From Styela clava (lineage: Eukaryota), in contig NC_135254.1 of NCBI RefSeq assembly GCF_964204865.1, forward strand, positions 12,958,001 to 13,022,000: 64,000 nucleotides of DNA, given 5' to 3'. Both the position numbers and the translations under genes were made by a program. Within the stretch, counting starts at the first letter, position 1; each line of letters opens with the position of its first letter. This document shows positions 1-11,600 of the stretch, one piece after another. The notes beneath the pieces were generated by a model, which ran no database searches, was not told the origin of the DNA, and saw only the letters and a program-made list of their open reading frames with translations.

Positions 1-1
1 A

Positions 2-988
2 GGATCCATTGTACGGCTGGCCGGAATTCGTGGTCTGGAGATGATAACACTAGAAATAGTTCAAAAGGATAAATCCATTTTAAACAAAGAAATCATTCGA
101 AAGTTGATGTGTTCTGTGCTACAACAATCAGGTGAAAAAATTCATAAAGTTCGTGATGGAGCCAGAGATGCTTTATTCTCACTTCTCCACAACAATCCTA
201 AAGTTCCGTTTATACCACATCATGATGAACTTGTACCCATATTCATCAACAGAGGTTACATGCCTCGTATGAAAGGCTTATACCGAATGACAAGCAAAGT
301 ATTGATGTTCGACACGTATCTGTATAACATGCTTCTCGGATTGGTAGTATCTGTTGGGGATCTCACCCAATCACTAGCTGATGCAAGCGGGGAAGCTCTT
401 TTCGCTCATTTGGATAGCATTCACAGAAATGAAGAGCAAATGGAAAAATTTATTGACGCATTTATAAAAATATTTGAAAATCATTTGAAAGTTACAAGAG
501 TGAGCATGCCTTTACTGAAAACGTTACAGCTTATTTTGCAGAGAGGATACTTTTCTGGTATCGCAGATGTCATGCAAGACCCTAAGAAGAAAGATTCACC
601 ACTTTCGCAAACACCCACCAAGATATTCTCACTAGTGAAGCAGGAGATTGCTAGGACAAAAGATGCCCAACGACTTTTAACAAGTATCGAAGTATTTTGT
701 GGATTTCTACAGTTACCATCTGATGATCTTCGAAAATGTACTATTTCGCAACTTCTACGAATGCTTTGTCATGTTTATCCGAAGGTCCGACGTTCAACTG
801 CAACTCAACTTTATGAATCTGTACTAACTTACGATGATTTGGTGTCTGACATGGACAACTTGGAAACAGTCATGACTATATTGAGTGAAACCGTTTGGGA
901 TAGTCCAGTTGATGCTCTACGTCCGATACGAAATGAACTCTGTCCATACTTTTCTGTAGCTGTTCCGAAACTAGTTTCAAAAAAATGA
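2..988 (+). CDS. TBCD: Tubulin-specific chaperone D, C-terminal part (5'-partial, uninterrupted to stop)
   Basis: Frame open from nt 2 (GSIVRLAGIRGLEM...) to TGA at 986-988. Motifs QQSGEKIHKVR, LLGLVVSVGDLTQSL, RVSMPLLKTL, LCHVYPKVRRSTATQLYE and ILSETVWD match the recalled TBCD C-terminus. Confidence 0.93.
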   Translation, partial: GSIVRLAGIRGLEMITLEIVQKDKSILNKEIIRKLMCSVLQQSGEKIHKVRDGARDALFSLLHNNPKVPFIPHHDELVPIFINRGYMPRMKGLYRMTSKVLMFDTYLYNMLLGLVVSVGDLTQSLADASGEALFAHLDSIHRNEEQMEKFIDAFIKIFENHLKVTRVSMPLLKTLQLILQRGYFSGIADVMQDPKKKDSPLSQTPTKIFSLVKQEIARTKDAQRLLTSIEVFCGFLQLPSDDLRKCTISQLLRMLCHVYPKVRRSTATQLYESVLTYDDLVSDMDNLETVMTILSETVWDSPVDALRPIRNELCPYFSVAVPKLVSKK

Positions 989-2095
989 TAAACTTTTAGT
1001 ACGCACTGACGTTACCTAGAGTATAATTTAAAAAATAATTTTGCACCCAATGTGATATAGAACGTTTGATATTCTTCAGTTGTTCCTTCCAGCTCATTTT
1101 AATTCCATATTCCAAGAATTGTTCCACTGTGTGTCCCGTTATTCGCTTGGTATACATGTTGTTGATGCAATGAGGGAAACTTTTATGGTTACTAATTTCA
1201 GTTATATATTTTTCTTGTGATTGAGCAATGTTTTGTACATTTCTATTTGTAGCCTGACATAGTTTGTTCTAATTGTTGTCCACCTCAATAATTTTTTCAG
1301 TTAGAGACCTTTATCAACCATGATCAGCAATTTGACATAGAAATTTGATTAATTGCTTTGGCAATTCTCTTTTATTTAGCATGTACTGAATATTTTGTAA
1401 ACACTAGCTATGAGTAGTATCCAATTCATGTATTCGTTGTTCAATTATTTTCACCTAACGTAATGTTGCTAATTAATAACTAAATGTTCACTGTTGTCAT
1501 CAATTAAAATGTTTGAAATGAATGAAATTCCAGGATAGTTAGTCACATACCTGGGGCTTCATACAGGGAAATGAAATCCCTGCTTAACTTGACATTACAA
1601 TTAGCAAAGTTTGTTTCTGCAGTATCGGGTTGACATATATATATAGGGTTACCATATTTTTTTGACTTCAAAGCGGGACGCCTACATTTAAAGCCATCAT
1701 GGCTGTCTTCATTGACCATATTGTCATCAAAAGTTCATGCGCATATTCTCTGTCTAAATATCGGGTTCAGTTCGAAAAATAGAAAGGAATAGACGCTAAC
1801 GATACAAATGGTCCGAATTTAAAAAAATTTAAGGACAGCAAAGAGAATAATGGAATAGTCTGCCGTTTTCAAGCATTGGGATTTACTTATTCGAGGTTTA
1901 CCAAGCATGCTTTTCTGTAGATAATACCTTGGAAAAGACGTTGTTCGATGTTACATTCACGTGAACGTGCGAACAGGACCAATTAGAATTGATTTCACAT
2001 GTGATACGTTCGCTAACAATGTTAGCGGAAACCAACAAAATAACGCATTCGCCTTCAGTAAGTAGGCCAGCGTTGCGCTACACAGCAACAACAGT

Positions 2096-2994
2096 TGTAG
2101 CCAATTAGTTGTTATGTAACTACAAAACTACACCAAATTGGCCCAATTCGTGAGAAACTCATTAAAAACAGAATTATTCCCGTTATAGCAATTATCATTT
2201 TCTAAAAATCCAATTTCAAGTTTTTTTAAGATTGATTTTAGAGACAAACCAAATATAGTGATTAGGTATCACTACATGGAGATTTTTAACGCATCTTCAT
2301 TCACGTGGGCGTTGAAGATCGAAGGGTGAACGGGTGACTTGCAAACCAGACCAATCTACAAACAATCTATGTGATAGATAGATAGATAGTTTATTTCGAA
2401 AACTCCATATAACAAACCTAAATTAAAAATGGAGAATTCTGGAGGGCAAGCAAAACCTACAAAAAAGTTTAAAACATGAAGTATCTTATGTGCCTGCCCA
2501 CCAGCACGCACACAAAAACACAAGCCCAATTAAATGAGGCTTGGGCCAAACTTAACAAACAAAATACACGATAGTAATAAACTTTCGGGCTGTTGTACTC
2601 TCTTCCAACAATTACGTTGATAATGACCAATACCTACAACCTCATGCAAAGATAATGTGGGGAGTGGAATGTAATAAAGTTGCGACGATAGTCATACTCA
2701 TGAAGCCATGAAAGCTTTAAGAAAAACCAAGCCATGAAAAACTACACTGATTGCTAGATTGGGCATTGCGGAAAAGGTGATAAGTGGTTTAATATACAAA
2801 CAAACGCAGTGTAGTGATAACTAATCACTATATTTGGTTTGTCTATAAAATGCAATCTTAGAAAACTTGAAATTGGATTTTTAGAAATTGATAATTGCTA
2901 TAACGGGAATAATTAATTCTGTTTTTCATGAGTTTCTCACGAATTGGGCCTATTTGGTGTAGTTTTGTAGTTACATAACAACTAATTGGCTACA
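2096..2994. mobile_element. Non-autonomous Ginger-like element with ~180-bp terminal inverted repeats
   Basis: Arms 2096-2276 and 2810-2994 are near-perfect reverse complements. Termini TGT...ACA; exact 4-bp TSD CAGT at 2092-2095 and 2995-2998. Confidence 0.7.
2373..2560 (-). mobile_element. Possible 3' tail fragment of a CR1/L2-type LINE
   Basis: Minus strand reads AATAAA followed by (CTAT)4, a typical LINE 3' end. The inner boundary is a guess. Confidence 0.3.
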
Positions 2995-5512
2995 CAGTAA
3001 CGAGTACATGTTCGCGTATTATTCTGGATGGCTTAACGCCAAGCGGGAATCTTGGCTGATATGTCGGGACAGCGGGACAAGACGCTAAAAAGCGGGACGT
3101 ATGGTAAGCCTACATATATACCTATATATATATATATGGGAACTAGAATCATTTGCTGTAGGAAAAATTTTTGAATTCTTTAACAATAAAAACATGAAAG
3201 CCCAAAAATGACCTTGCGGCTGGCATTTCCGCACCAAGTGTGACTGAGATGTTTTTGTGAATCCGACCAGGCAATGTGTGGGTTTTAATCACGTACTCGG
3301 AAGGCTATAAAGCAAAATAAATAAAAATCACATATCCAAGAATCCCTTTTACAATTTAGAATAACTTTGCAAAAGGGACACTATGAACACCCTAAGAAGA
3401 CAACAAGATTTCTCTGGATCACATACTCTAATTATTCGCTTTTATTCCCACCAAATGCAACATGATTTCTGATTTAGAAAAACCGAGGTGTTAAAAATAA
3501 CAAATATCACTCTTCACCATTTGTATTGGCGTTGATGCATAGGAGATCATTGAAGAACTTTCAGAAATTCATTTTCATTCAAAGTCGAAACGACTTGTGA
3601 CATGATGCCCGATCTTAGCCAAGGTGGTCAACATACAAATCCAACAGTGAAAAGCTTTGTTTTATCAATTTTATTAAAGTACTGTACAGAAGAAAAAACA
3701 TGTACCTACAAAATTTTCACAGTTGTACACTTCTACAAGCAATGTGGTAGGTTTCTATGTAAAACACAAAGCTGCGACAAACATAACATGTTCATCAATT
3801 TGAAGTGAACATTTCCTAAAATTCAGAGAGTTTAGACAGCAAGTCCTGCATGCCTACTTTAAAATTCAAAATGAGAACGATACTGCACACCAAAAGAATA
3901 CACTTGTGCGTTTAAGTCCTCATACAACAATTTTACCTTACCTATCACAGCTAAAGTGATGTTTTGCTACCATGCTCTTTATCAGTTCAAGATATTATTG
4001 AAAAAAATTAATTATGGTGTTAAGATACAAAAAACAACCCATAACCTCCCAAATAGGTATGGACACTGGCATGTCAACTGTAATTTATTTTTCAACGAAA
4101 ATTAGCGCATTGAAGTGGATGCATCGAGCACCTTTTAATGGTTTCATGAGAAGACTAAAAAATTGCTAGACAGGGTACACTATTTAGGTAGACTGCAAAA
4201 TAATTTATTCTACATTTTTCAGTAGGAGTTGATAGTATACATTATATAAGAATTTTGGGTAAGAAATTTTGCCTTTAAAATAAAAATAGGTTAGCAAATT
4301 CAATTGTAAATCATAATTGGCATTAACGGCAACGCAATCACCTAGTCATAAAAACAACTGCATTTATCAGCTGCAATAAAACTGTTCATGAGACTGTGAC
4401 ATACTTTGTGGAGCGTTTCAATAAAAAAAAAACTAATGCTCCCATCTATATATTCTTCTGGATAAAGTCGCTGAAATGTAAAGAAACTATAAATACCAGG
4501 TTATCAATGTTAAGTGATATGTTATGTATAAATATATCCATAAGCCACTCAAACACTCCTGAACGAGATATCTTGGCTACGACTGGATTCAAAATAAAAA
4601 CTTGCAAAACGAAACAACAGTTATCAGGTCCTGTACATGGAGTATACACAATAATGTAATTCATGATAAAACAACAACATGATGCTTCTCATTGTTTTTC
4701 AATGTCAATGTACAGACAAGCATTGGGATAGTTACTGAAAGCATTTCTGTGAAATTATGGGGAGAAATAGAAGAACTTCACAATCAGCTTTAAGACAGGC
4801 AGCAGAAACTTTCCAAAAAATCCAATGAAATCATTTATATGAAACAACACAATATTGTCATAACTAAGTCATTTTCTTCGAAAATTTTTAGATTTGTGTG
4901 AATCAGAAAAACCATCCATAATTGAACTATTCGAGACTCTACGATGAGGAAGTAGATCCATCGAATAGATAGTAGTATATATTAAAAGCGAGAGGTACAA
5001 AACTTTACAAATATCTATGGACAATCAGACGAAGAATAATAAAACATGTATATAACGAATAAATACAGGCTAAAGAGGAAAAAATATATAAAGATGTAGC
5101 AAAGTTTCATTTTGCCACTGGAGAATGTGACGCACCAATTAATGAATCTCACGCAGTCAAAATGTCCGCTGATCAATGCGATGCTCGGATTCAATTTCGC
5201 AACTACTATACACACTAAAGCGGAATGTGCACATTTCACTACTAGCATAACTGTACTGCTTAACCACATCAGAATAATATTACAAACAAATTTGAAAGAC
5301 CAATCTTTATGTAACATTTGGTGTTAAAAAATCGACTTTCGAATAAAAAAAATCGTAAACGAAACTTGAGTTTTCAAGTTAAGTGCACACAAGAAGTAAA
5401 GGCTGTTGTTTCAATTATGAGACAGCGCACCAAACATGGAAGAGATGAATTTGAGGGAAAATATATCGGGGTTTGCTATAAAATTCAAAAATCCCGATTT
5501 TGATTGGCACTT

Positions 5513-5605
5513 TCATTTCTTGTGTAAGGATCTTGCACTGACCATTCCTCCATCATCTGCTCTTCTCATGTTGCTTCCTGTCAGAGTTGCAGATTGCATA
5601 TGATG
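5513..5605 (-). CDS. CSNK1D/E: CK1 delta/epsilon coding exon 9 (terminal)
   Basis: tttgaacag|CAT; [30 protein letters not shown]; phase 0 fits exon 8. Confidence 0.7.
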   Translation of the reverse strand, partial: HHMQSATLTGSNMRRADDGGMVSARSLHKK

Positions 5606-8600
5606 CTGTTCAAATAGAATTTTGTACATAAAAATCTGGACTACTCAAAAACAAAATTTACCGTGAGATTCCTTCAAGTCATCAGTTGAGCAAATGACAT
5701 CATAATAAGGTTTGTGGGCAAGATTGTCAAGTTGTTTAAACAATAAACTTAACCCATGTTGGCATTGCAGATAAAATGGCCACCTCCTCACTCAGAGTGT
5801 AATAAATTGAGTATGAATGCTGAAGCGGAGAGATTCAGGTCTTTCTAACATCTGCCAGTGACACACCCCTGGTACAAAGCCTTGTTTAGGGGAAAAGGCA
5901 TAAAAAAAGATAACCAAGGGAATTCCTGAAAATTTTTCAAGATTCAGAAGCCTAACAAATATCCAAGAGTTCTCTCTCTACAGAGTTCCGTTATCAATTT
6001 GGCATGCATTGTCATACTTTTGAAAGAAGAAATGCCATTCATCAGTGGAAAATCTAACAATAAAATGTCAAAAGCTTATTCGAGATAAAATGAAAACCGA
6101 CCATTCTTCCTGGGTTAGGTTCAGGCGCCACATTGGCTGAAGCTCCACGATGTAATCTGTTACTGACATGTCTTTCTCTTTCGGCACGAGACATAGGCCT
6201 TGAAGAGGATGACGCTGAAATACATTACAAAATTTTTTAAAATTTTTAAAAAACCAATTTACATTTATCCAGCAAAATAGAATATGGAAATAATATAACT
6301 ACATAAATAAAGATTCTATGTCTATGTTCTGATATGATTGATAAAATGTAAAAGATTGCCTGCTTTTTTGAAGTTTTCTAGTCTGATCTGATTCTTCTGC
6401 AAATTTTTCTCAATTTTTCATCTTTTCTATACGTTATGCTGAACTAATGAGACTTCTTCAATCGCAAAACCGAAGAAACTCTTTTTTTCATTTCTTTTTT
6501 ATTTTATTAAAAATATTAACAGTTGCTTAAAAGCAAAAGGCTATTGCACTTAAATAATATAAATAAACTATAATATGTGTTACTATAAAATAAATGGAGA
6601 CTAACTAAGGAGATTTATTTCTCAAGTATTCCTTTATTTGATATTTGACAGGAAAAGTTTTTGCGGATGCGAAAGGCGTAGCAAAAGATCTACGATTTTT
6701 TCCAGGTGATCGCACTTGCGAAGTGTCCTTTTTAAACCATGGTGTTTGCTTCACTAAGTCGGTTGCATCAGCCCCACCTTGTGTCTCCAACGATTTTCGT
6801 TGTTTCAATGAAGTAGAAGAATCCATGCAATCTCCTACTTCGTTTTTCAATTTCATTCCATGGTGTAACTTAAAAAGTAACGAACGGATAACCATTTCTT
6901 TTTCTATCGGTGAAATTCCTCTCTTGTCTGTTAATCTTCCTCTAGATCCAAGTGAAATATGCTTACTTTTGTCTCCGCTTAATTTGCGACATGTATGATT
7001 ACTCGAGTAATTTTTTGAAGTTTCTGTGTAACTGATATCCTTTTTTGGGCTTGGTGATGTTGTAATATTATCGACTGCGTCTAATTTCGCAATTTTTTTC
7101 TTTTGTTTCAAACCTACAGGAAGCTTTGCTTTTGGCCATGCATCTGCGTAAAATATGTGGCCTTTACCCACAGACGTGCTTTCAGAAGGTATGCGAGGTA
7201 TACTGTGTTCTTTTTTTATTTCTTCTGCTTGTTTGGCATCTTGATTCTCTTTGACTTTCAGTCTCACGGAAGGTTGAATTTTTTTGGCTTTTACTTTGCA
7301 TTCTCTGCGTTCTTTCTTAGTCGAAGTGGATCGACTACTTTCCACTACTCTTTTCTTCTCTGCAACTTTTGGCTCCTCAAAAACAACTTTTTGCTGTTTT
7401 GCAACCTTTGGATTTCTACTGAGAAAAATTGGACGATTTTTTGAAATATTACCAGATTTTAAAAACCCCATATAAGCTTTCAACGAGTTTTCTGCTGGAC
7501 TACGTACTTTTGGGGACCTTCGCTCTGGGCTGATAGCTTTATACGACTCTTGACCTTTGGGGCTTGAAATTTTAAAAGAATCACGACCAGGGCTGGAAAC
7601 TTCACGAGTTTGAAGACCAACACCTTTTGAAGTTTTTTTTCTAGCGTTCCGAGCCATGTTTGAAAAATCCGCCACTCGTACAGTCGAGTACGGCATGTTG
7701 GAATCATCACAATTAGGAGAGACCGATTTCATCAAAACTCTTTTCCGCATAGTGATATCCTCTCTTGACGGACTTTTCCTCATTTTTGATTTGTTCGATT
7801 TACGAAACAACTTAGGTGCTGTTGGTACTTTAGGAAAATCTTCTAACGTTAAATCAATTTCATATCGAATGCTTTTAGGTCTTGCACGAATATGCCATCT
7901 ATTGGACAGAGGCGATTCCAAAACTTCAACATTTGCGTTTGGAGTGTGTGATCCAGCACTAGCCATATCTCCTTCACTTTTAGTAGGTACACAAGATCTT
8001 TTATTGGAATGTTTATTCTTCTTTCCACTCCCAACTGAAAATAAAGCAATTTAATGGTCAGTTTGAAAATTCTGAGAAAGAGACAAATATACCGATTCTA
8101 ACCTTTACTCCTTGGTTCAACTGATTTGCACCTCTGGCTTTTTGAAATCTCATCCTGTTTTTGACCTGATAATTTCTTAGTTGATATCTAAACATGGAAG
8201 AAGTTGTCAGTCATGTTCCTTGGATTGGAATTGAGGGAAGAAGCCTCTTATATCAATCAGCAATTAAAAATATTCCACTGCATAAAATTCCGACGTTAAT
8301 GTATTTTCACAGCTTGTTACAGATATAAATGATCAACATGAATCTATTATTCTATTTCTTTCTATATGCTCAATTTACACTATGTATGAGTGAACATCCT
8401 AACTCTAATGAGTAAACATCCTAATTTTTAAGAGTTACCTTACTTTACATTCAATTCTAAAATACATTCTCAACCACAAACAACACAGATGCCAAAAACT
8501 ATTAAAACACAATGATTCCTGACAACTAACTTTGCTTTTGAGGTTATTCTGATCCGTTTCCGATTTATACATTATATAATTGACGAGACCACCATGATGT

Positions 8601-11600
8601 ATGGCAAGCTTTTGTTGTAAGGCTTCATCGTTTTGAGAGAATAAATAGGCTGCTTTATTTTCCCAATTCTGCATATAACTTTTCCTGCTGTCTCCTTTCG
8701 AATACGACACATACTCCAATGATTTTTTCTGCGCTGCTTTCGTCAACGATGATTCAACATAAGGAATCGTGTCCATGCTTTGAATAGATGCACAATCGCT
8801 TACAAGCCAACCAAGAACTTTACTTTTTGATCGTAGCGTATGCTCTGCACTAATCTGTTTCATAACTGGATGAATTTCAACTTTTAATTCAAGATCTTTG
8901 TACATTTCTTTTGTGCTAAATAATTTATTTCTGCTTTGATCTTTTAGCATCAGTAGTTTTGACTTTCTACCTGAAGAAAAAAGTAATCTAATTGATTAAG
9001 TTTACTTATAACAGTTGTAATGTAAGAAGTTGTTGGAAAAATGGCTAATGGGCAAAAAAAATCTAATTTTTTTTCGTCTCACACTGGATTGAAATATCCA
9101 GGAATGCCATACCAAACAGTACAGCTAATAATAGAATTTATACTTCAAATGTGTTATATACTGGATTAACTTTTTACAGAATCAAGTGCAAAAACTTCAC
9201 ATTTATTCAAAATTCATATTGAAATTTTGATTTTAGTCGAAGATGATTTTGTAACAAATTCTGCTCATGTCTAATTTTTAACAATGATAGGAGCATAAAA
9301 AAAAAACATAGTTTGAAAAAATACCTTCAAGAAATAGAAATGTTTGAATGGTTTTTTTATTGTATATGAGAATTGTTTGATGTTAGCTAGTTTGTATTTT
9401 TTTTTCTATTCTTAAATTGAGGACAAAAATAATTCAGTTTTCCAAGAGAAGAAAAAACAGAATTTCAAGATTACCATCAAATAATTGGCATATAGAGACA
9501 ATCAAACAAAGGCTACCAAAGAAAAAAACTGTAATTGTATAAAAATCTATGTTATTAATGCTAATTAATGAAATGTCAATGAGCTGATCTAGACAAGTGA
9601 GATGTCATGTAGGTTCAACCATAAAACCTATATGATCCCATTATGATTGCCGGTGAATCAGGAAATCCCAGATCAATGTCAGAGACATCACAAGGTTAGG
9701 GCACTGCCTTGTTTTCATGGCACAAACTAAAATTTTCTGCTCTGCTATATAAATATGACATATTTCGTGAGTTATTGAGTTATTCTAAATCAAAAAAGGA
9801 GTATTTAAAGAGTTCTAACAGCCAATATTACTTTCTATATGCAAATTATAAATGAGATTATAAAACGAAATAATAATACAAAATGGATAAAAAGATTTTG
9901 ATTATTCGAAAAACTGTGCATCAAGCATCAAAACTGTGCGCCACTGATATAATACAGATAAAAAGGATCAAGTATGATCCAGACATCAAGTACACTGTTT
10001 AAAACACTGCGTGACCCGACACAGAAACCAAAACTGATCGACCGAAAGTTACTTCGTTGTATAGTGTGACGTCAATATGACAACATCCAATAGTCTAATT
10101 GTTTTTATGGTGGTATGACAACCAATCAGCAACTATACATAAATGTAAATTAGCTTGTTAATTGACATGACACATAGAAGTACATGCACCAAAGCTCACC
10201 TCCTAATGATTATTAACTGTGTGGTAACAGAAAACCACATTATGTAGGATTGAAACTGTTAACCAAGACTGACCAAATAGTTGGAATACAGTAGACCAAA
10301 ATCAAGATGAGCATCATATATTTATATATATATTACTAATTGAAGTATTATTTTTCAAGAATGGCTCCATTCAATAAAGAATATATTACATCATGTTATA
10401 AACTATAATCTTTCAAGTTGAAAACCTACTTTAATAACTGTGGCAACATGAGTACACAATCAACATTATACTAAGATAATATGAAAAAATTTCCCATACC
10501 TTAGATTGGACAAATTTTGACATAAAAATATATATTGCTATTGAAAGACCTCATCCACATACAGCTATTGCTCTCTAGAGACACTAATTTTGACAAAGGA
10601 TGAAATTGAAATGTGAGCAGACACAATGGACACAAGAAAGTAATGTATATAGTTTGCATCGATTCATAGTCATTCGCTACTGAGCTTGAAGTATTCTAAT
10701 TTTAGCTATTTAATAATGCTTCCTCACAAAAAAATCTAAATCTACCTCTGGCTTGAACCTAAACATTTCTGAAATCTAGAACACCTTTCTGTATCATATG
10801 AAATCAATACTCCCTGAGTTTCCTAATAAATCCCTAATTTTCTAAAAAAAAAAAAAATCAGAAATAATACTTTGTCCATGATGAGCAGCAGATCCCTGTA
10901 ACTGTCGACCTCCAGTTGTGTTTGTTCCACCAAGTGCTCTAGTTGTTGATGATCGAGTATGTTGCGTTCTGTCTTCTCTTTCCTTCCTCTCTTTGTCTGC
11001 ACTATCTGCATTGCTTCTATTACTCTATATTGATGGAATGTATAAATATCACCAATGATTAGACAGAGAACCAGAAGTTGAGGTAATACATAATTAGATG
11101 ATCATTGGAACATTATAAATGTATGGACCCTGATCAAGTAGTTCTCAGCCGAAGGTCCGTAGATGTAATGTAAACAAATGATTTACAACGAAACATTCAG
11201 TTTCTGGAAGAGGATATCGTAAATCACCCTTCGAATTCAAGGCGAGTTTCGAGGTGTGTTTGATGACAGGCGTCTGGTAGAGACAATGTGTGCATAACAG
11301 TATTGACTGGCTTCATTTTAAGGAGTCCTCAGTTTTCAGTCAAATTATTGAAAGGATTCATGGTATCAAAAAGGTTAGAGCAGTGGTTCCCAAACTTTTT
11401 AGAGTTGGGACCCACTATTTATTACCACAGCTTATGGCGACCCACTTAACTTTAATTCAATTTTTTTTTTTTTTATGACATAACACAGAACACAGCAATG
11501 GCTAATCATCGCAAAGCTACCGTGTTTCCTCGAAAAGAGGACTTCGCCTGAAAATAAGATGATAATTTGAATTTTCAAAATGATTTTAATTAAACCCTAC

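Larger units (their letters stand above)
1644..3112. mobile_element. Non-autonomous hAT (Blackjack-like) DNA transposon containing a nested element
   Basis: TIRs TAGGGTTACCATA / TATGGTAAGCCTA (1 mismatch), repeated subterminal CGGGAC motifs, flanks (c/t)atatata as an 8-bp TSD. Confidence 0.75.

Noticed and set aside
3602-5503. Short ORFs downstream of the CK1 stop
   Set aside because: No homology or splice support; more likely CK1 3' UTR or intergenic DNA.
6645-8054. Plus-strand ORFs of 63-132 aa
   Set aside because: Antisense shadows of the minus-strand coding cassette, with no motifs.
9606-9636. Small hairpin TCATGTAGGTT...AACCTATATGA as an ncRNA
   Set aside because: An 11-bp stem is too short for a pre-miRNA, has no snoRNA boxes, and is plausible by chance.
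10745-10822. Extra CK1 exon just after exon 7
   Set aside because: Needs a ~48-nt intron and hits a stop within ~9 codons in the required phase.
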